Notes under the pieces: model-generated
The model's input: only the letters and a program-made list of their open reading frames with translations
The model's database searches: none
What the model was told of the DNA's origin: nothing
In this document: positions 54,528-59,642 of the stretch, in pieces
Layout: each line of letters starts with the position of its first letter
Position numbering within the stretch: position 1 is the first letter of the stretch
Program-made: the position numbers and the translations under genes
Source: Lentisphaerota bacterium
GTDB lineage: Bacteria > Verrucomicrobiota > Lentisphaeria > Victivallales > SZUA-371
Direction: 5' to 3'
Assembly: GCA_003246475.1 (NCBI GenBank)
Contig: QKAL01000135.1
Span: 1 to 59,642 of the forward strand
DNA length: 59,642 nucleotides

Positions 54528-55933
54528 ACTCTTGGTCGTTTGCAACATATTTTCTCAATAATTTGGGACACCGTTTCCCGGAAAAGACATAACGTTGCCC
54601 GGGTATTCTTTTTTTGTGCGTGAAAGATTCCGGCACTTTCGATGGGCCACAGGGAAATGATGGTGACTTTGTCGCGGGTGTCCGAATAAAAGAAGTTCTT
54701 TTTCAACACGCAATGCGCCGACTGCCGTTCCGCCTGACGGTGATTCAGGACGCCGCGGCGTAACGACAGATATTCGAAAAGTTGCGCGTTCCAGTTGACT
54801 CCGGCGACATGGTCTTCCCAAGTCTCGATTCCGCTTTTGAAGCGGCGGCTGTGAGAACGGTTCTTGCCGATGAAACACGGGAAAGAACCATTGGCTTGCT
54901 GTTGCCCCAGAATCGATTCCACGGTGTCTTCATAGTCCCACTTCCTGCCGGTCACCTCTTCCGCCCGGGCGATGCCCACCAGAATCATCCCAGTCCCGGC
55001 GATGAATTGCGGATATGGGTCAATGTGAAAACCATGGGTCGTATGGTAAAACAGCCGGGTCTGCGGATCTCTGGAGGCAAGCAGACCTTCAACCCCGTTT
55101 TCGATGATTTTTTTACAACGTATATCGCCGGTTTCCTGATACAACTCGCACAGCCCCCGCAATGACAGGCCGCTGTAGAGAAAGACGCAGTTGTCGGGTG
55201 TCGCCCGTGATTTTCCGAACTGGTAAGGCATTGCTCCCGGATGGAAGCCACCGTCAGCCGGCATGTTATCGCAGAAGAATTTATAAGATTCTTCCAGCCG
55301 GTCCAGCAACCATTTGCCGACTCGCGCGGCGACCTTTCCGAATGGTTCGACTGTCCGTAGTCGGTTGAACTTGAGCAGTGTTTCCAGTGCCATGCAATTG
55401 AAATTAATGACGAAACGATGTTTCCCGTTGCTGTAGAAGTCGATTTCGCTGAAACGAAAGGCGCCGCACTCTTCGACCCAGAGCGATTTCAACCAATATT
55501 TATCTATATTGGCTTGTACGATATCGAGATATTTCTCTTTTCTTGCGTCATCAATGAAATCAAACGTGTCTAGCAGGGCACAGTCTGCAAGCGCGCAATG
55601 GACGAGCGACGTAAAGCGTTCGTCCTCGTGTCCGGCAAAACGGAATTTTCCATTGTCGGCAATGAAGTCGTTGGCTTGAGCATCGGCGGCCTCCATTGCT
55701 TTTACCTTCCAGTACTCGTCGCCGCAGGCACGAAACAAATTCGAATATGCGCGAATCATCGCTGCCTGGGTCCAGGCGGTCTGGCGGATGTCTTTCATAC
55801 GCTTTTTTTCCAGCCGGTGGATCACAAATCCGTGATACCCGCCGTGTTCATTTCGCCAGGTTTCGAGCCAATCCGCCAGTCTATTCAGTACATTTTGTAT
55901 ATTATCGTCTGCAATCATTAAATTATTCTGCAA
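54524..55933 (-). CDS. Uncharacterised soluble protein, alpha/alpha-toroid-like (function unknown)
   Basis: 469-aa ORF with no TM segment. It contains [20 protein letters not shown] and [12 protein letters not shown] (Q-x-x-x-N-G-S-F). It overlaps the wecB stop by 11 nt. Confidence 0.6.
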   Translation of the reverse strand: MQNNLMIADDNIQNVLNRLADWLETWRNEHGGYHGFVIHRLEKKRMKDIRQTAWTQAAMIRAYSNLFRACGDEYWKVKAMEAADAQANDFIADNGKFRFAGHEDERFTSLVHCALADCALLDTFDFIDDARKEKYLDIVQANIDKYWLKSLWVEECGAFRFSEIDFYSNGKHRFVINFNCMALETLLKFNRLRTVEPFGKVAARVGKWLLDRLEESYKFFCDNMPADGGFHPGAMPYQFGKSRATPDNCVFLYSGLSLRGLCELYQETGDIRCKKIIENGVEGLLASRDPQTRLFYHTTHGFHIDPYPQFIAGTGMILVGIARAEEVTGRKWDYEDTVESILGQQQANGSFPCFIGKNRSHSRRFKSGIETWEDHVAGVNWNAQLFEYLSLRRGVLNHRQAERQSAHCVLKKNFFYSDTRDKVTIISLWPIESAGIFHAQKKNTRATLCLFRETVSQIIEKICCKRPRV

Positions 55934-57110
55934 TTATCTGATTGGATGGGGTACTGAAGTCGTTATTCCGCAATGCCTCGGTTATTCGCCGGCAGGCTTG
56001 CCCGTCACCGTAAGGATTGGCCGCACTGCTCATCCTGTTGTATTTATCCGGACAGTCCAGCAACGCTGAACATTCTTCTACAATCGTATGGTAATCGGTT
56101 CCGACCAGTTTGACGGTTCCTGCCTCCAGTGCCTCCGGCCGTTCCGTCGTATCCCTCATCACCAGTACCGGTTTGCCCAGCCCCGGAGCCTCCTCCTGGA
56201 TGCCGCCGCTGTCGGTCAGGAGCAGATACGATTTGCCCATCAGATACACAAACGGCAGATAGTCGAGCGGTTCGATGAGAAACAAATTTTCCGGTGTACT
56301 GTTGCCGAAAACCTCGTTAAGCGGACGGCGTACATTGGGATTCAGGTGCATCGGGTAAACAAAGTCAACATCGGCGTACTTATGGCATAAAGACTTCAGT
56401 GCCGCGCAGATTGACATGAATCCGTCGCCGAAATTTTCCCGGCGATGTCCGGTGATTAAGACCAGTCGCCGTCCATCTTCCAGACGGTTTACATCATAAT
56501 TGGACTGTAAAAGTTCACGTACCAGCCCCTTTTGGATATCCGGGCTGCTGTTGATCCGATCGGTCACCCAGTGGAGCGCGTCAATCACGGTGTTGCCGGT
56601 TACGATGATTCTGGAATCGCAGACTTTTTCTTCCAGCAGGTTTTTCCGGCTCAAAGGAGTCGGTGCGAAGTTGTAGGCGGCGATTCTGCCGGTGATCTGG
56701 CGGTTGATTTCCTCCGGCCATGGACTGTATATGTTACGGGTCCGCAGTCCGGCTTCGACATGTCCGACGGGAATCTGCTGATAATAGGCGGCCAGCGCCG
56801 TTGCGGAGGATGTAGTTGTATCCCCGTGTACCAGAACGACATCCGGCTTGCTTTTGTTCAGGATGTCGCGCATGCCGAGTAGAACGTTTGACGTTACGTC
56901 ATAAAGATCCTGGTTCGGCTTCATGACGTTCAGGTCAAAATGAGGTTTTATAGCAAAAAGGTCGAGTACGGAGTCCAGCATCCTGCGATGTTGTCCGGTG
57001 ACGCAGATGATCGTTTCAAACTTATCCGGATGTTTCTGAAACTCCTTGACCAGCGGCGCCATTTTAATTGCCTCCGGCCGTGTCCCGAAAACCAGCATTA
57101 CCTTCTTCAT
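55923..57110 (-). CDS. wecB: UDP-N-acetylglucosamine 2-epimerase (non-hydrolysing)
   Basis: [47 protein letters not shown] and NPYGDGQA. Colinear with E. coli WecB. The track start 57281 lies inside wecC. Confidence 0.95.
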   Translation of the reverse strand: MKKVMLVFGTRPEAIKMAPLVKEFQKHPDKFETIICVTGQHRRMLDSVLDLFAIKPHFDLNVMKPNQDLYDVTSNVLLGMRDILNKSKPDVVLVHGDTTTSSATALAAYYQQIPVGHVEAGLRTRNIYSPWPEEINRQITGRIAAYNFAPTPLSRKNLLEEKVCDSRIIVTGNTVIDALHWVTDRINSSPDIQKGLVRELLQSNYDVNRLEDGRRLVLITGHRRENFGDGFMSICAALKSLCHKYADVDFVYPMHLNPNVRRPLNEVFGNSTPENLFLIEPLDYLPFVYLMGKSYLLLTDSGGIQEEAPGLGKPVLVMRDTTERPEALEAGTVKLVGTDYHTIVEECSALLDCPDKYNRMSSAANPYGDGQACRRITEALRNNDFSTPSNQIIAE

Positions 57111-57126
57111 CAATCCCCCCCCTGGT

Positions 57127-58329
57127 TTACTTGAAGATTCCGCAGAAGTCAAGAATGGTTTTTTGCGGGTTTTTCGGCAACTCGCGGAAGACTCTGTGCG
57201 CCACCAGGAATACCGCGATATCCGCCTTGTCGAACGCCTCCCGGTAGTTCGACAGTTTGAACACATGATGTTCCTTGACATTTGGTTCGACGATGAGCAG
57301 GTCGGCGTTGTTGCCGCTTTGCATCACTTTCGAGACGATGTATTTTGCCGGTGATTCACGGAGATCGTCGATGTCTGGTTTGAATGCCAGCCCCATCAGC
57401 GCCACAACCGGTTTGCGGCCATGGGCAAGTTCAAATTTGTACATTTCGTTCTGAATGCGTTCTGCACACCAGAAGGCTTTGTAGTTGTTGGTGGCGCGGG
57501 CCTTAGCGATCAACTGTGATTCGATCGGGAAATCCGCGGTCAGGAAATACGGATCAACGGCGATGCAGTGCCCGCCGACGCCGCATCCGGGATTAAGAAT
57601 ATTGACGCGGGGGTGTTTGTTGGCCAGATTGATCAGTTCCCAGACGTTGATCCCGGCCTTGTCGCAGATCAGCGACAGTTCATTGGCAAACGCGATCTGA
57701 ACGTCGCGGGAGGCGTTTTCCGTCAACTTGCACATTTCCGCCGTTTTGGCATTGGTCCGGTGCAGCGCCCCCTTAACGAATCCGGCATAAAATGCTGTCG
57801 CTTTCTCGGTGGACTCCGGGTCTATCCCGCCGATTACCCGGTCGTTGTTGACCAGTTCATAGATGACGTTGCCGGGGAGGACTCGCTCGGGACAATAGGC
57901 AATGAATATTTTACCATCAAGTTCCGGCCGCTGCTGGAATATTAATTTCGCCATCGACTCGGTAGTCCCTACCGGCGAGGTGGATTCTATAATGTAAAGA
58001 TCGCCCTCTTTCAGTAACGGGATAACAGTCCGCGTTGCGGCCTCGACATAGGAGATGTCCGGCTCGTGATTGTCTTTGAATGGCGTCGGGACTACGATCA
58101 GGTAGGCGTCGCTGGCAACCGGCGTTACCGATGCCTTTAATTTTTTACTGCTGACAACTTCACTGCACAATTCCCGGAGGCCCGGTTCGACGATGTGGAT
58201 CTCTCCCCGATTGACGAGCTCCACGACTTTCGGATTGATGTCGACGCCGGTAACATCTATTCCGTTTTTTGCGGCAATGATTGCGGTTGGTAAACCAATA
58301 TATCCCAACCCCATGAAACATGCTTTCAT
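57127..58329 (-). CDS. wecC: UDP-N-acetyl-D-mannosamine dehydrogenase
   Basis: [37 protein letters not shown] and [10 protein letters not shown] closely follow E. coli WecC. Start at ATG 58329. Confidence 0.9.
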   Translation of the reverse strand: MKACFMGLGYIGLPTAIIAAKNGIDVTGVDINPKVVELVNRGEIHIVEPGLRELCSEVVSSKKLKASVTPVASDAYLIVVPTPFKDNHEPDISYVEAATRTVIPLLKEGDLYIIESTSPVGTTESMAKLIFQQRPELDGKIFIAYCPERVLPGNVIYELVNNDRVIGGIDPESTEKATAFYAGFVKGALHRTNAKTAEMCKLTENASRDVQIAFANELSLICDKAGINVWELINLANKHPRVNILNPGCGVGGHCIAVDPYFLTADFPIESQLIAKARATNNYKAFWCAERIQNEMYKFELAHGRKPVVALMGLAFKPDIDDLRESPAKYIVSKVMQSGNNADLLIVEPNVKEHHVFKLSNYREAFDKADIAVFLVAHRVFRELPKNPQKTILDFCGIFK

Positions 58330-58348
58330 ACAAAGTTTCCTTTTTCTG

Positions 58349-59341
58349 TCAGGGTTTGCTGGAAAATGTCTGCCAGTACCATTGGGTCGCAGCTGCAAGC
58401 CCGGCGCTGACGTTGTATTCCGGTTCGTAACCAAGTAGCTTTCTGGCCTTGTCGATGTTGGCCAGAGAGTGCGGGATGTCTCCGGAACGATTCGGTCCGT
58501 ATGTCGGCTCTACTGCGGCGATTTTCGGATCGAACTTACTCAAATTGTCCCGTAACTGGTAAAAAAGCTCATTGAGCGTGGTACGCTCGCCGAAGGCAAT
58601 ATTGTATACCGTGTTTGCTGCTCCCTGCACCGTACATAGCGCAGCCAGTTGATTTGCCTGGATGACGTTGTCGATATAGGTGAAATCACGGGAATGGTTG
58701 CCGTTGCCGTTGATGACGGGTGATTCGTGGTTTATCAAACTGATGACGAATTTGGGGATCACTGCGGCATATGCCCCGTGCGGGTCCTGACGGCGTCCAA
58801 AGACGTTGAAGTAGCGCAGTCCGACGGTTTCAATCCCGTAGATGGCGGCAAAATTCTCCGCGTAAAGTTCGTTGACGTACTTCGTGATGGCATAGGGAGA
58901 CAGTGGCTTGCCGATCTGGTCTTCAACCTTGGGCAGTGTTTTGCTGTCGCCATAGGTGGAACTGCTGGCGGCATAGACAAAACGTTTCACTTTGGTCTCG
59001 TGCGCTGCAAACAGCATGTTGACGAACCCGGTAATGTTGACTTCTGTAGTGGTGATGGGATCGACGATCGAGCGCGGTACGGAACCCAGAGCCGCCTGAT
59101 GTAGCACGTAATCGACCCCATCGCAGGCGGCAACGCAGACCTTGCTGTCGCGAATGTCGCCGTCGATGAGGGTAAAATCCGGATTGTTGAGGAACGGTAT
59201 CAGATTTTCCCTTTTTCCGGTACTGAAGTTGTCGAGACAGATTACCTGGTTTGATTGTTCCAGCAATGTCTCAATCAGATTGGAACCGATAAAACCGGCG
59301 CCGCCGGTGACCAGAACGCGTGAATTTTCTATCTTTTTCAT
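58349..59341 (-). CDS. NAD-dependent sugar-nucleotide C4-epimerase, WbpP/TviC family (extended SDR)
   Basis: [55 protein letters not shown] and YAAVIPKF. Confidence 0.9.
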   Translation of the reverse strand: MKKIENSRVLVTGGAGFIGSNLIETLLEQSNQVICLDNFSTGKRENLIPFLNNPDFTLIDGDIRDSKVCVAACDGVDYVLHQAALGSVPRSIVDPITTTEVNITGFVNMLFAAHETKVKRFVYAASSSTYGDSKTLPKVEDQIGKPLSPYAITKYVNELYAENFAAIYGIETVGLRYFNVFGRRQDPHGAYAAVIPKFVISLINHESPVINGNGNHSRDFTYIDNVIQANQLAALCTVQGAANTVYNIAFGERTTLNELFYQLRDNLSKFDPKIAAVEPTYGPNRSGDIPHSLANIDKARKLLGYEPEYNVSAGLAAATQWYWQTFSSKP

Positions 59342-59400
59342 TTTTTTATATATGAGTTGTTGATGGCGTGTTACTGTCCGGATATGCCTTTACTTCATAA

Positions 59401-59490
59401 TGATGTCTATGAGGCGTAAAATGATTTACCGATGCATGTCGTCAAATAAGAATATACTTATTTCTATCGGTGTTGTTTTTTGATGTCTAT
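59401..59490. repeat. Direct repeat TGATGTCTAT(R)AG, two copies exactly 80 nt apart, in the leader upstream of the polysaccharide locus
   Basis: TGATGTCTATGAG at 59401-59413 and TGATGTCTATAAG at 59481-59493. The first 10 nt are identical. Confidence 0.6.
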
Positions 59491-59545
59491 AAGCTACGCC
59501 CCGTCACTTGCATGTGGCAAAGTAACTCTAACTTTATTATAATAG

Positions 59546-59610
59546 TTACTGCGTAATTAAGGGGGAAATAAAATGGGTAATTTATAATCCCCCCTTAATG
59601 CTTACTGCGT
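59546..59610. repeat. 9-nt direct repeats flanking a 10-bp inverted repeat (DR-IR-loop-IR-DR)
   Basis: TTACTGCGT (59546-59554), ATTAAGGGGG (59556-59565), a 24-nt loop, CCCCCTTAAT (59590-59599), then TTACTGCGT (59602-59610). Confidence 0.6.
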
Positions 59611-59642
59611 GAAAGTCTAATTTAATGTATCTGCAGGGGGTT

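Noticed and set aside
59342-59642. JUMPstart/ops (GGCGGTAG) antitermination element in the polysaccharide leader
   Set aside because: I read both strands and found no GGCGGTAG-like sequence. Only the repeats reported in the findings are present.
1-59642. CRISPR arrays, rRNA, IS elements, prophage genes and toxin-antitoxin pairs
   Set aside because: I scanned the intergenic regions of roughly 100 nt and longer (391-615, 8800-8900, 9612-9755, 12388-12655, 13574-13878, 19546-19708, 28719-29062, 32845-32980, 36039-36174, 37069-37173, 38077-38202 and 59342-59642). There are no regularly spaced repeats and no transposase, integrase or phage-like ORFs.

Overview
Bacterial chromosomal window of 59,642 nt. 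GC looks mid-range by eye, and the housekeeping genes show a clear GC3-type codon bias. I can support about 57 protein-coding genes, one tRNA-Gly(CCC), one gene under 60 aa that is missing from the ORF track (rpsU), and a few terminator and promoter-like sites. I found no rRNA, CRISPR array, transposase or integrase.

Layout:
(i) 1-390: two colliding gene fragments.
(ii) 616-8799: a LacI regulator plus an 8-gene sugar-acid / keto-deoxy-acid operon carrying three different aldolase families.
(iii) 8.9-14.3 kb: a HAD hydrolase, an orphan lipoprotein solute-binding protein, a CBM9-like protein and secreted or lipoprotein unknowns around the tRNA.
(iv) 14.3-19.5 kb, minus strand: rpoD-rpsU, then a tightly packed LptF/G-type permease / 72-aa TM protein / AMMECR1 / FAD protein / HNH set.
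(v) 19.7-32.8 kb, housekeeping: mfd, a GT-C glycosyltransferase, rhaB, ispF, tsf, rpsB, typA, ABC-F.
(vi) 33-38 kb, glycan-degradation module: DUF4886/SGNH-like protein, GH78-like hydrolase, AraC regulator, esterase.
(vii) 39.2-59.3 kb: a one-directional Wzx/Wzy polysaccharide locus. Its core is ECA-like (WbpP/TviC-type epimerase, wecC, wecB, GT26 WecG/TagA-type, DegT aminotransferase). It also carries an AsnB amidotransferase, two methyltransferases, an FrhB-like Fe-S flavoprotein, two uncharacterised toroid-like proteins and an apparently split GT-C-like membrane protein pair.

The best candidates for undescribed biology are the accessory genes of this polysaccharide locus and the mixed-aldolase operon. 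I see no clear defence or mobile system. All functional calls come from motif recognition by eye. No database search was run.
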